Made by a program: the position numbers and the translations under genes
In this document: positions 43,227 to 57,349 of the stretch, piece by piece
Position numbering within the stretch: the stretch's first letter is position 1
Layout: the number at the start of each line of letters is the position of its first letter
Assembly: GCF_009914755.1 (NCBI RefSeq)
Contig: NC_060926.1
Length of the DNA: 64,000 nt
Source: the human T2T-CHM13v2.0 reference genome, Homo sapiens
Direction: 5' to 3' (one strand)
The notes under the pieces: model-generated
What the model saw: the letters and a program-made list of their open reading frames with translations, nothing else
Told to the model about the DNA's origin: nothing
The model's database searches: none

Positions 43227-43799
43227 AGGCACAGCCCCCTACAGCAGCTGACATAATATGGTATCCAGAGGCACAAGATTGCAGTTTATGTGAAAAACAA
43301 CTTCATAATAAGAATCATAAGCCTGATGTTCATTAAACCTTCCAGATTATCATACATACAGATGGAATGTTTGCCTTTGAAATGATTTTCTAGGAAAGCC
43401 ACCACTAAAATGTTTCCACATTCCTCTTCTGTGCATACACCATGTCGCAGTCCTGCCAGGATCACCCCAGCATAACCATCTGCTGCACTATATGGCCCCA
43501 GACTGGCAGTTCCAGTGGCCTCCTCTGGACTGGCCAACTGCTTGTCGCTCAAGCCTTGCCCCTGGTGACTCTGCTTTTCTCAAAAGGCATATCCACTCCA
43601 GAGGGCTTAGGATTACTGTGAATTTCCTTATTGGTGAGGAGAAGATGGCTCTAGGGTTCTAGATGTGTTTTTCAAGTAGGATTTCCAGCATTTATTTACT
43701 CATCCATTGAGTCAATCAATCATACATTCACAAGCATTTTTCATACACTTCTGCCACAGTTTGAATGTCAGCACAAAAACTCACGCTGAAATTTAACAG

Positions 43800-43981
43800 C
43801 CATCTATCTATCTCCCCCACGCAAATTAATGTGTTACATGAGGTGTTCATTGGCAGAAAATGTCTAAAAGCCTACATTTGATTATAAAGTGAAGAATTAT
43901 AAAGGACAATTTGCAGTAATGTTTCTGGTGTTGTCTGTGCAGAGATTTGCTCATGGGAGATGAATCAGTAATTTCCCTACA
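43800..43981 (-). repeat. Inverted duplication, inserted arm
   Basis: About 4 substitutions plus a 4-bp TATC expansion relative to 43049-43226. Confidence 0.95.
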
Positions 43982-44089
43982 ATATCAAGAAGTGGGGCCT
44001 TTAAGAAGTGAGTGAGCTATGAGGGCTCTCTCCTCATCTCCCCATGAATAGATTAATGCCCTCAGCTCGGGAGTGGGTTAGTTATCTAG

Positions 44090-44395
<306 letters not shown>

Positions 44396-44609
44396 TAGAG
44401 GGATAAAGTTTGGTCCCCTTCCTCTCCCGCCGTCTTGCATGTTCACTTTTGCCTTTTGTCCTTCCACCCTGAGATGGGTTCCCTAGATGCCAGTGCCATG
44501 CTCTTGGACTTTTCAGCCTCCCGAATTTTGAGTGATAATTGCTTTTCTTTATAAATTACCCAGTCTGTGGTATTCTGTTATAGCAACAGAAAACAGACTG
44601 AAGTAACTT

Positions 44610-45380
44610 CCATGCAGCAGGTGCTGTACCTGGTGCCACTCAGGCACTAGAGACACATGAGGAGCCCACACCAGACAAATTCTCTTTTCTGATTACATTA
44701 GAGGAGGGAGTAGAAGTTTTTGGACAAATAATTACTCAAAGGATTCTGTAAGTTCAAACTGTGGTAAGTGACATGAAGAAGAGGCAGGCTCTGAGGGAGA
44801 TCAACATCTAGATGCAAAAAGAGAGAGGGCCACTTCAAGGACAGGATGATAAATCCAAGAAGGCTGAATAGGTCTTAGCTAAAGGAAGAGTCTGGGAGGG
44901 AACCACAGCAGAGAAAATGATGAGAGTGAAAGCTGGGGATGGGGTCTTGAAATACTCATCACACCGAAGAAGGCTGGAGTAAAATGAATGAGTCGCAGTC
45001 AAGAAGAGTTTTCTGGAGGATGCTTTGGGGCTTGGCTATCCCTGACCAACAGGGCTTGGTATCATGTTAAATGCTCTTGGATTTTATCAGAAGTGTGAAA
45101 TTCTTTATCAGAGAAGTGGTGTAATTACATTAGTGTTTTAAGAAGAGTTTTCCGATTGTAGTGTGGGTGGAGACTGTGCTGGTATGTAGAAGGGCAAGTC
45201 GGGCACAAGACATCACTCAGGGGGCTGCCATGAACATCTAGAAAGGAAATGAAAGGCTTTGACTAGGGCACAGGCAATGGAATGGAGGGAATTGGATGCA
45301 GTTGAGATATATTTTGGACTTAGAAATGTTAGGACTTCGTGATGAACGTGAGCAGGGAATGGCAGGATATTTCAAGGATT
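44610..45380 (-). mobile_element. L2 fragment
   Basis: Purine-rich reverse L2 motifs (ttggattttatc, agagaagtgg...attagtgttttaag, gagatatattttgga). Confidence 0.65.
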
Positions 45381-45876
45381 TCGGTATCTTCATTCCATTC
45401 TCTACATCATAGCCCTAAGTGGGGGTAACATTATTAAACACGTTTTTATAGATAGATAAAGTGCACTTGAAGGTGATGGTCTGAAGCCTTTTGTGACATG
45501 AATCCAACTGTTTTAAGGACAATTTTCCTAACAACACCTATGTAACATCCAAAACATCCCAAACACCCTAAGTTCCTGCCACATCCACTTATTACTTATT
45601 ATCAAAGCTAAACCTATGTTTGCTTATTTTCTCATTGTGACTCTCAGGGATGCCATTCTTTTCTATGCTTTATTCTCTCCCCATTCTGATTAAATGCCTT
45701 ATCCTTTTTACTGCATATATCTGTGTGTAATACAAGAGTTAGCAGCATGGACTGTGGTCTCAGACTTGATTTCAATCCTGGCTTTACCTCATATTAAGAC
45801 TTAGGGCAAGTAACTTAGCCCCTTTTAACTCCAGTTACATTACTGATATAATGGGAATATTAATAGGGTATATCTC

Positions 45877-46574
45877 TGGAAAAGAGTTTGGAGGTTCCTC
45901 AAAAAATTAAAAATTGAGCTACCATATGATCCAGCAATCCCACTGTTGGGTATATACCCAAAAGAAAGGAAATCAGTATATCAAAGAGATACCTGCAGTC
46001 CTAGGTTTATTGCAGTGCTGTTTACAACAGCCAAGATTTGGAAGCCACCTAAGTGTCCATCAACAGATAAATGGATAAAGAAAATGTGGTACATATACAC
46101 AATGGAGTACTATTCAGCCACACAAAAGATCCAGTAATTTCCAACAACATGGATAGAAGTGAAGATCATTATGTCACAGAAAGACATATATTGCATGTTG
46201 TCACTTATTTTTGGGATCCAAAAATCAAAACAATTGAACTCATGGACATAGGAGAAAGATGGTTACCAGAGGCTGGGGGGCTGGGTGAAGGTGGGAATAG
46301 TTAATGGGTACAAAAATAGTTAAAATGAATAATGAATGAGGCCTACTATTTGATAGTACAGCAGGGTGACAACAGTCTATAATAACTTGATTGTACATTT
46401 TAAAATAAAGAGTGTAATTAAACTGTTTGTAACTCAGGGGATAAATGCTTGAGGAGATGGATACCCCTTTCTCCATGAGGTACTTATTTCATATTGCATG
46501 CCTGTATCAAAACATCTTATGTACTCCATAAATATATACACCTACTATGTATCCACAAAAACTAAAAAGAAAAA
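45877..46574 (+). mobile_element. 5'-truncated L1MA2-like LINE inserted in a MIR
   Basis: L1 3'UTR with A tail. 15-bp TSD AATAG(G/T)GTATATCTC at 45862-45876 and 46575-46589; MIR halves flank it. Confidence 0.9.
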
Positions 46575-47028
46575 AATAGTGTATATCTCATGTGATTGTT
46601 CTGAGGATCAAATAAGATAATATAGGTCAATTGTTTAGCATGGTGGCTGGCACATAGTAAACACCCAATGAATATCAGCCATCATCATCACCGAGCCATT
46701 ACCATCTTTTTTGTAAATAATATTTGCTCGTCTTTTTTCGTACATGACTAGATTGAACATTCGTCATGAAAATGCTTGGGCATTCATTTTGGTATCCCTG
46801 ACACCTAACACAATGTCTAGAACAGCATAGGTACTCAGAATATATTTTTGAATGAATAAAAAAATAAGGACGCAAAATACTGTATACTTAAGAAAGGGAC
46901 CAGTTATTCTTTTTTAATCCAAATATTTTAAAAATCATATAACCTAAAATTACCAGGGAGGTGAACATACATCTCCTATTCTGAAAAGCCACTGCATATG
47001 GGAAACAGGAAATCTCATTGCATTAATA

Positions 47029-47355
<327 letters not shown>

Positions 47356-47870
47356 TGATTTCCCGTTGTGAACTGAAAAGGAGTTGATTGGGAGGCTGTA
47401 ATCTAGCGATGGGTGTGGAGGGGGACGGGGCAAGTAGATAAGACTGTCTTAAAAATGAAGATAAACTGTGGCATTCTCCAGAAATGCAAATAAGGCCAGA
47501 AAAGCGGAACTATCTTGCCATAAACATTACACTGAATGGCAAGGTCACGAACAATGGTTTTACTTATCTTTCAACAAAAGACTATGCTTAAAACATTATA
47601 CTACCTGTTGAAAGTGCATGTTTATCCAAACATCATTGGACAATGTCCGATTAATAAATAGGCATTTTCGAACATTTAGCATAAGAGAATATAATACGTT
47701 TTGTCATTTCAAGCTCCTTGTTTCTAAATAGAATAGGTCCTAGCAAGGGGAGGGGGCTTTTGTTTTGCCAGATAATGAGGTGGCTAGATAGGCGAGTTTC
47801 CAGATAACATTAGAACAGAGCAGAATTGCACGACCTATCATATAGAACAGAAGGATTGGGACTGCCATAC

Positions 47871-49690
47871 TGTTTCCAGAATTGGTGGGTTCTTGGTCTC
47901 ACTGACTTCAACAATGAAGCCGCGGACCCTCACGGTGAGTGTTACAGTTCTTAACGCGGCATGTCTGGAATTTGCTCCTTCTGATGTTCAGAGGTGTTTG
48001 GAGTTATCTTGTTTCTGGTGGGTTTGTGCTCTCCCTGGCTTCAGGAGTGAAGCTACAGACCTTCACGGTGAGTGTTACAGCTCTTAAGGCCATGCGTCTG
48101 GAGTTTTTCATTCCTCCCAGTGGGTTTGTGGTGTCCTGGGCCTCAAGAGTGAAGCCACAGACCTTCATGATGAGTGTTATAGCTTCTAAAGGCAGTGCAG
48201 ACCCAAAGATTGAGCAGCAACAAGATTTATTGCAAAGAGCGAAAGAACACAGCTGCCAAGGTGCAGAAGGGGACGAGAGCGGGTTGCCACTGCTTGCTGG
48301 GGCAGCCTGCTTTTATTCCCTTTTCTGGCTCCACCCACATCCTGCTGATTGCTCCATTTTACAGAGAGCTGATTGGACTATTTTACAGAGAGCTGATTGG
48401 TCCGTTTTGACAGGGTGCTGATTGGTGTGTTTACAATCCCTGAGCTAGACACAAAAGTTCTGCAAGTCCCCACTAGATTAGCTAGACACAGAGCATGGAT
48501 TGGTGCATTTACAATCCCTGAGCTAGACACAAAAGTTCTCCAAGTCCCCAGTAGATTACCTAGACACAGAGCACTGATTGGTGCATTTACAAACCTTGAG
48601 CTAGACACAGAGTGCTTATTGGTGTATTTACAAACCTTGAGCTAGACACAGAGTGCTGATTGGTGTATTTACAATCCCCTAGCTAGACATAAAAGTTTTC
48701 CAAGTCCCCACCAGATTAGCTAGATACAGAGTGCTGATTGGTGCACCCACAAACCCCAAGCTAGACACAGAGTGCTGATTGGTGTGTTTACAATCCCTTA
48801 GCTAGACATAAAGGTTTCTCCAAGTCCCCACCAGATTAGCTACTTACAGAGTGCTGATTGGTGTATTTACAAACCTTGAGCTAGACACAGAGTGCTGATT
48901 GGTGTATTTATAATCCCTTAGCTAGACATAAAGGTTCTCCAAGTGCCCACTAGATTAGCTAGATACAGAGTGCTGATTGGTGCATTTACAAACCTTGAGG
49001 AAGACACAGGATGCTGATTGGTGTGTATACAATCCTCCAGCTACACATAGAAGTTCTGCAAGTCCCCACTAAACTCAGGAGCCCAGCTGGTTTCACCTAG
49101 TGGATCCTGGACGGGAGCTGCCTGCCAGTCCCACGTGGTGCGCCCGCACTCCTCAGCCCTTGGGTGGTCGATGGGACCCAGCGCCGTGGAGCAGGGAGCA
49201 GCGCTCGTCGGGGAGGCTTGGCCCCGTGGGAACACACCGCGGGGGGCTCGGGCATGGCGGGCTGCAGGTCCAGAGCCCTGCCCGAGGAGAGGTGGCTGAG
49301 GCCCAGCAAGAATTCGAGCGGCATTGGTGGGCCGGTAGTGCTGGGGGACCCGGTGCACCCTCCACAGCTGCTGGCCCAGGTGCTAAACCCCTCACTGCCT
49401 GGGCTGGCGGCACTGGCCGGCCACTCTGAGTGCGGGGCCTGCTGAGCCGCGCCAACCCAGAACTCGTGCTGGCCTGCCAGCACTGTGCGCAGCCCTGGTT
49501 CCTGCCCACCCCTCTCCCTCCACACCTCCCCGCAAGCAGAGGGAGCTGGCTGTGGCCTCGGCCAGCCCAGAGAGGGGCTCCCACAGTGCAGAGGCAGGCT
49601 GAAGGGCTCCTCAAGCCCGGCCAGAGTGGGCGCCGAGGCCGAGGAGGCACGGAGAGCGAGTGAGGGCTGCCGGCATGCTGTCACCTCTCA
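47871..49690 (-). mobile_element. LTR12 (ERV9) solo LTR, LTR12C-like
   Basis: Reverse strand starts TGAGAGGTGACAGCATGC and ends in CA. Tandem GCTAGACACAGAGTGCTGATTGG units; near-TSD ATAC/ATAT. Confidence 0.95.
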
Positions 49691-50745
49691 ATATGAAGAC
49701 TAAAGATAGAATAAAGAGAGCAGGCAAGGCAGGGAGAGGCTCTGGAGAAGGAAGAGAGAGAATCACCATTCAGCCCCCACTATGGAAAATTTGTGGCACC
49801 ACAGCAAAGTCTAAGGAAGATTTCAATTTGTTATTGGCTGGGCCAACATAAACCCTCTGCTGGCTCGATGCAATCTCTAGTAAATTATATATTGCTCATG
49901 AGTGCTTTTGTGTGAATGGATTATTTTAGGGGAAAGCAACTAACTGAAGGAAACTGGAAAAGACAGTTATTTTTTTCTCTTTTGAGAAAGTAGTAAGACA
50001 CATTTTTAAATGAGAGGAAACAAGAGATTACAGGGTTTAATGCTTCCCAAGCAAAGAAAACTCTATGGGTTTCTTTATAAGGAGAAAGAAATAAGAAAAA
50101 GAGATAAAACAAAAGAGAAAAACTATATATGTGCACATTAATCATCATCACATTTGTTCTCCTTAAGATCAGTTTTTTAATAAGCTATCTGTACTGGTAG
50201 ATTACATAGGGAAAGAAAAATCCGCATGCAAAATCAGTGAGAAATGATGAAAGAACATTGACCATCACACTGGCCTGAAACGTAAGATCCTCTCCTTTGG
50301 TGCTGGACTAACTGTGAAGGAGTTGGTTACTAAAAGAAAGAAAAATTCTAATGGATATTGTTGTGAAAAGCAAAGTTATATTAAGATACTCTGATGATAT
50401 AACAATGAAGCCTTAGTGAGAATCCTGTGAGTTCCTGGATATAGGGCTAATCGTCCCATTTTTTACCCACTGTAATCCATTTTTACTGATGGGTTCATTT
50501 TTATTCTCTTGCTAAATTGCTTGATGAATATTTTAAATATCCTGCCTGGGTATCTTGGTTTTAAAGCTTATTTTATGTCAAGGTACAATTTCTCAAGTTA
50601 CTTGGGATTTGGGCCCCTTCTTACTTTCCCTTGTCACATCTTTTTTAGCCCCAAGGGTTTTGACATTAAAGTGACATCTAACACTCAGCAAATTAGGGTT
50701 GTCTAGTTTCACTATTAATGTTGCCTACCTCTTATGCTTCTCAAG

Positions 50746-50748
<3 letters not shown>

Positions 50749-50781
<33 letters not shown>
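50749..50781. repeat. (CA)n microsatellite
   Basis: Directly visible. Confidence 0.95.
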
Positions 50782-50782
<1 letters not shown>

Positions 50783-50849
50783 TCATGAATCAGATAATAA
50801 AGGATGCAAGTAGAGACAAGGCTCACCATTTGACCCCTACTTCTTTGAA

Positions 50850-51603
50850 GTAGTTAGAACATTTTACTTGCAAGTGACAGAAACCCAGTTCAAGCTGCCA
50901 AACCAAAACCAAACTGAAAAAAAAAAAAATAGACTTTTGAACTACCAAGGTAGGCAAGACTGCATACAGATCAGGTTCTTCCCTGTGGCAACGCCATCTC
51001 CATAGGGGCTATTTGGAAACACATGAGGGTGCTTTATCACAACTGGGTGGGGGGTGGCGTTCAGGGCATCTGCCAAGGATGTGCAGGTGGGGCAGTGGGC
51101 AAAACATCCCACCCAAGGAGGATTTTTAAAAAATTTACCCAGAATGACAGTAGCTCTCCCTTTGAGAAATCTGAAGCAGGTGATGAAAGCATTTCACCAA
51201 GAATCTCTCTTGGTTCTGCTTTGCTTATGTGATGATGGCTGTATTCTCAGGTGGGGTTACTGCAGGTATTGGCAAAATAGCCACCTACAGCCTCAGGCTA
51301 CCCTTTTAGCGATGTCCACAGAGCAACAGTTCTTCCTTCCCATTTGCTTTAGTAGGGAATCCTGATTCCATTGAGTAGGATTGGTCCTACTTGAGTAATT
51401 TATAAACCTGGAGAGTGGAGGGATTCAGTGCTGTGGCTGGCCGGACTTGGGACACACATCTTTCTGTAGAGACCGGGGGTAGGGGTCAGGCTAACCCAAC
51501 ACACAAGCCTGAGAGGGATGGAAGAAGTTCCCAGAGAGATGAAGGGATGTTAGCAGAGAGGGGAACAGACAGCAGATGGGCAAATACAAAACATGTCCAT
51601 TGT
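50850..51603 (-). mobile_element. Old MLT1 (J/K/L) LTR with a MER20-like insert at ~50975-51176
   Basis: ttgcaagtgacagaaacccagttcaa start; MER20-like ctccataggggctatttggaaac...tttgagaaatctg. Confidence 0.6.
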
Positions 51604-52034
51604 CTGTATGGTCTAATTTCCTGAACATCTCTTCAGTCACCCCACATTTCAGGATTCCCTAATATACCAGACCCATATACCTCAAGTTTTTGTACTAGAT
51701 TGTTCTCTTGTCCTCAGATGCCTTTCCTCATCTCTTTTTGTTTGTCAAACTTCTACTTATGCCTCAGGACTGAAATATCACCTCTTCTGTGGAGCTTCCT
51801 TTTTAGCTGTCCCTACTAAACTCGTACCTCCCTCCTCTGTGCACGCATAGCATTTTGTCCATGAAAAGAAGGAATTGAATTAATTAGCAAGGATAAGGAG
51901 CTGAACAATCCACATCCTTTTTGGAAATGGAAAGCAGATGATGCTGTATTAGATAAGATCAAACAACATCAAATAAACAAATGTTTATTGAGTGTGTACC
52001 ATGCACAAGGCTTTCCAAGCAGAACCTTGCTGAT

Positions 52035-52060
52035 TGTGTGTGTGTGTGTGTGTGTGTGTG
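52035..52060. repeat. (TG)n microsatellite
   Basis: Directly visible. Confidence 0.95.
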
Positions 52061-53129
52061 CACGTGTGCTTGCAGATGCTTAGAATCACAGGCTTTTATG
52101 ATCTGGGTTTCTTAAACCTTATCTGGTTCAACCACTTCCTTATTCAGATCAGGTAACTGAGGCTGAAGTGGGTTTCTTTCTAGCTCTAAAAAGTATATGA
52201 TCTGAGTCACTAAAAGGAAGGAAAGGTTGGCCCAATTCTAGGCCAAAAAACCACAGCTATGTAGCTTAAACTTCCTGTTTTAAATGCCATGCCAGGATAA
52301 AATTCTTGTCTACAGGGTAACAACCACTCCAGAGAGAGAATCAAAATTAACACCAACCTCTTTCTTTCCCCTGCCTCTTTCTCTCTCTCAATTTCTCTCT
52401 CTTTCTCTCTCGCTTCTCTTTCTCCCTTTATTTCTCTGTTGCCTCTCTTAAGGAGACATAGGAAACCAAGAGGACTGAGTGGCAGGGCCAAGGCATTGGG
52501 ACCACGATTCATACTTTTTTTTCTATCTTGCTGATGTGTTTATAGAAGTACACTATTTATGACTCAGTACATAGTGAAGAGACATAACAAATTTTTCTGG
52601 GAATTCAAAATATGCAAACAGAATATGTATCAAATGCATGAGAATTATGGGGACATATGTTTTAAAACAAAGGGATAAAGGTGCCTACTCTTTGTGACAA
52701 AGTCCCTTCCATGTTTATGACAATGTCTGCATAGCCATTCTCTTTTGAAGAAGCCAGAATTGGCTAGAAATAGAATTGCATGAACCCTGTCATATTCAAA
52801 ATGGAAAGTAGATATTTATTTGCATTCCTGCCAGGGATACTCAGGCACAAACATATAGAAATATTTCCATAAAATATGGTTTAAAAAAAATGCCAAGGCC
52901 CATCCTTCCCACTGCCATTGCCCCTGTTGCCTGCAATCCCAACTCTGCATTCGGGCTCTCTCCAGGTTTTGCCCCACTAATCACTCTTCCACCTGCTTCC
53001 TGGTGCCTTTAGATCTTTTTTTCAACATATTATACCCAGGTTCAAAAATGGCCTTATAAAACGTCATCCTGCCTCCCCAGCCTAGCATCAGGGCCTTCTT
53101 CCTTGACTCAGACCATCCATAAACTGTTC

Positions 53130-53685
53130 AAGCATGTTTGATGTATATGTAGCATGTGTCTGGCACTGCTCCAGGGATCAGGTCACTAAACTGAACAAGA
53201 ATGGGCATATATTCCAGTGGAAGTACCTAACAATAAACAAGTAAATAGGCAAGTGAAGAAAATGAAATTAGGTAATGTGATAAGAAGTGGCCAGGGGCAG
53301 TGTAACAACCTGAGGATATCTGGCAAAGGTCACTCTCAGGAAATGATATTGAGACCTGACTAATAGAAAGGAGGTAATTTCTGGGGACATCTGAGGATGA
53401 TCTCTCCAAGCAGAAGGAGAAGCAAAGACAAATTTCCAGAGTTGTGGAAGAATTAAATATGTTTGAAGAATAAAAATGTAAAACAAGGTGATATGGTGGA
53501 GGGCAGTTAGTAAGCTAAAGAGGTGAGCAAGAAGTCTAATCATGACATGTCTTAAAACCACAGAAAAAGGAAGTGTTGGTTTTATTGGAGGACCATAGAA
53601 AGTTATGATCCACTTTTCAATCTGGGAGGAACATGATTGCCATTTTTAAAGAGTTTACTTTGGCCTTTCTGTGGACAATAAACTG
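53130..53685 (-). mobile_element. L2 fragment (resumes at 57454-57500)
   Basis: atgtgtctggcactgctc...aacaataaacaagtaaat...ctctcaggaaatgatattgag...gtggacaataaactg. Confidence 0.75.
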
Positions 53686-54034
53686 AACGATATCCTCACC
53701 CTCATATATTCACACCATGGTGTAATCCTCTCTCCTTGAGAGTTGACTGGACCTACTGACTCACTTCTAATTAACTGAAAACAGCAAATAAATGAGATAT
53801 CTCTTCTGATATTAGGTTGTGAAAAGACTTTGGCTTTCATCTCTCTCTTTCTCTTATTCTCTCTTTTCCTCTCCTGGTCCTTCTCTTCCTTTGCTCTGTC
53901 ATACATGCACATATGGCAGGTTTCATGTTGTGAGCTGCCCTATGGAAAGGCTTACCTAACAAAGAAAAAAATGTCCCTTCCTAACAGCAGTCTACAATCA
54001 CTGCCCACAGCCATGTGAGTGAGCCTGGAAGTTT

Positions 54035-54417
54035 TATTAGTTGGCTGGGGCTGCCATAACAAAATACCACACACTGAATAGCTTAAACAACAGAAATTTA
54101 TTTTCTCTGGAGACTAGAAATCCAAGGTCAAGGTGTTGCCAGGGTTGGTTTCTCCTGGGGCCTCTCTCCTTGGCTTACAGACATCTGCTTCTTACTATGT
54201 TCTCACATGGCCTTTCCTCAGTGCATGTGAGCCTCTCCTGTCTTTCCCTCTTCTTATAAAGGCACCAGTCATAGTGAATTAGGACCCCACCCTGTGGCCT
54301 CATTTGACCTTAATTACCTCTTTAAATGCCCTATCTCTAAATACAGTAACATTCTGAAGTATTATAGGTTAGGGCTTTAACATATGCCTTTTGGGGACAC
54401 AATTTGGCCCATATCAA
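54035..54417 (-). mobile_element. MLT1A0 LTR nested in the 5' MLT1F LTR
   Basis: gctgccataacaaaataccac...cttaaacaacagaaatttatt...ttggggacacaatt. Confidence 0.85.
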
Positions 54418-55321
54418 AAGCAGATCCTCCCTTAATTGAGCCTGAAGATAACTACATTACAGTGACACTTCAGTTTCTAACCTTGTGAGAGACCCTGAGT
54501 CAGAGCTGCTCCACCAAGCCATGTCTAGTTACTACCCCATAGAAATATGTGAGATAGAAATTAGGTATTGTTTAAGCAGCTAAGTTTGGAGGTAATGTTT
54601 TACACAGAGGTAGATAACTAATAACAGATATTGGTATCAGGAGTGGGATGCACTTTAAAGATATCTAAATATGTGAAGTTGGCTTCAGAAACAGGCAGAA
54701 GGTAGAGACTGAAAGGATTTTGAAGAACATGTTACAGAAATCCTAAATTGCTTGCACTAACAGATTGTTAGTGCAAATATAGACTTTGAAGATGTTTCCA
54801 GTGAGGGTTCAAAAGGAAAAGAGGAACATGTTATTAAAAACTAGAGGAAAGGCAATCCTTGTTTCTTTGTTATGTAGTGGCAGAAAGCTTAGTAACACTG
54901 TCACCTGAAGTTATGTGGAAAGCAGATGTTTGTAATGAACTTTTTCATTTAGCTAATAAGCTTTCCAAACAAAGCGTTTAAGGTATTGCCTGTTTTTATT
55001 TTGCTATTTAAAGTAAAAGGTAAGAGGAGAGAGATAAATTGAGGAAACAACTATTAAACTTAAAGGAGCCAGGACTGGATGGTTTAAAAATTATTTAGCT
55101 TTTTCAGACACCAAAAGATGCCAAAATTAATACATGGCTTCCAAGCAAAGTTCAGAACCATAGCACTGCCAGGAAAATGTAATCTACAGGTAAGGCTGAA
55201 AGTGGGACTGTCAGGCTTATCATTAGGATGTCTGAAAGATCAAGTGTGGCACCTCAAAGTATCCATCACATAAAAATCCATTTGAAGAGATCAAGGTTGC
55301 ACATCACAGAGCCTGTCAACT

Positions 55322-55807
55322 TGACACAGGGCAGGCGGGCTGCAAAATTGGGGCTTAGCCTGAGAGGGTTCTTGGCTTTGCCCAGGAAAGAATTCATGGG
55401 TGAGTTGGTGGTGTTAGATGGCAACTTTTATAGAAGCAGCTGTGCACAGCAGCAGTGGAGGTACTAATCCTAGCAGAGCAGGGCTACTGCATAGGTAGTA
55501 TGCCTAGAGTAGCAGCTCAGAGGCAGTTCTGCAATCATATTTATACCCACTTTTAAGTATATGCAAATTAAGGGGCAGAGTATGCAGAAATTTCTAGTAA
55601 AAGGGTGGTAACTTCTGGGTCATTGGGTCATTGCCATGGAAAGGAGCAGTAACTTCCAGGTGTTGCCATGGCAATGGTAAACTGACATGGCACTGGTGGG
55701 CATGTCTTACAGAGAGCTGCTTTTGCCTCTTCCCTGTTTTAGCTAGTCCTCAATCTGGTCCAGTATCTGAGCCGTGCCTCCAGAGTTGAGTACCACCTCC
55801 TACCTCA
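55322..55807 (-). mobile_element. ERV1 solo LTR, MER66-like
   Basis: TG...CA termini and perfect 4-bp TSD AACT. Reverse strand begins TGAGGTAGGAGGTGG...GAGGACTAGCTAAAACAGGG. Confidence 0.75.
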
Positions 55808-57015
55808 AACTGAACTACAGGGTCTCTAGGAAGCCTAAGGGCATTGCGCCCCAGCCATCTCACCAACAGCCCAAGATAGGAAAAAAAATATGGATCTTAA
55901 TAAGATTTGTGGGTGTGGCTTTTGTCTAATGAAGAAAATATCAATGATATTTGCAGGATGCCAATTGTTTTTGATAAAACAATATAAATACTGTCAGCTT
56001 GAACTGAAAGGATATTGCCAGTATAAAATCAAAAAGTGTTTCTTGGATTCCCCATTAGTTTTCTGGCAGGAAGCAGGCTGATAAAACTACTCTGTTTCAA
56101 ATATGTGCTAACTTTGACAAAAAAGGAAGGGCGGCTGGGAACAGGGAGGTAAGAGTCCAGAGAATAGAGATGAAAGCCATAGATAATCATTCCCAGAGAT
56201 TGAGACTTAATTAACAAACTATGACCATTTGCCCGATTAGATATCCTAATTCCTTCTCTGTATTTCCTGTTTTTCCCCTTTGTGAAAAGAGGGTTTATGG
56301 TGGCTATCCCTTGTTCATTTCATCATTATCTGTTGGCTGTGTGAGGACAGATAACCTTATAGACTGAGAAGAACTGTACTTGAAGAGAAGTACTTACTGA
56401 ACAATACCTGAAGGGGTCTCAGACATAAATGAACCTGACCCAAATGATGAGATTCTAGACTCTGAGCTAGTGCTGCAATGGAGTAAGAGTTTAGGGCACC
56501 TTGAGAGGCAATATTTTGCATTTGGGAGTGACATGAATCACTGAGAGGCAGAGAGCAGTCTTCTGCAGGCAGCCTCTAAGATGGTTCCCAATGATTCATA
56601 TCTCCTGGCTTTTATGCCCTTGTGTAATCCCATCCTGTTGAATAAGGACAGGATCTAGTGCCTTACTTGTTGTAAATTGAATATAGTGAAAGTAATGGAT
56701 GTCATTTAGTAAAAAAGATTGTGAGTTCTGTGTTGCTTTCTCTTTCTCTTTCAATATCAATCTTTCTCCCTTCCACCGAAAACTCTAAGGGCAGGGAGAA
56801 GCAAGTTGTCACACTGTGGCTAGCTCTAAGGAGAGGTCCACCGGGCAAGGAAGTGATGTCTCCAGCCACTTACTTTCAGAGAGAAACTGAGCCTGCCCAC
56901 AGCTGTTGAGAGAGTTGAAAGTGCATCCTTCCCTATTCAAGATGTGGGATGGCTGCAGCCCTAGGGAATATCTTGATTGCAGTCTTTTGAGAGACCCTGT
57001 GTCATAAGTGCTTAA

Positions 57016-57349
<334 letters not shown>

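Noticed and set aside
45946-46137. ORF resembling the L1 ORF2 C-terminus
   Set aside because: Fragment of a 5'-truncated dead L1, not a gene.
48372-49070. Regularly spaced ~40-bp repeats resembling a CRISPR array
   Set aside because: The spacers are themselves repeated; this is the known LTR12 tandem enhancer array in primate DNA, with no cas genes.
49041-49703. Overlapping long ORFs and apparent CpG island
   Set aside because: Explained by the GC-rich U3 of LTR12, where stop codons are rare.
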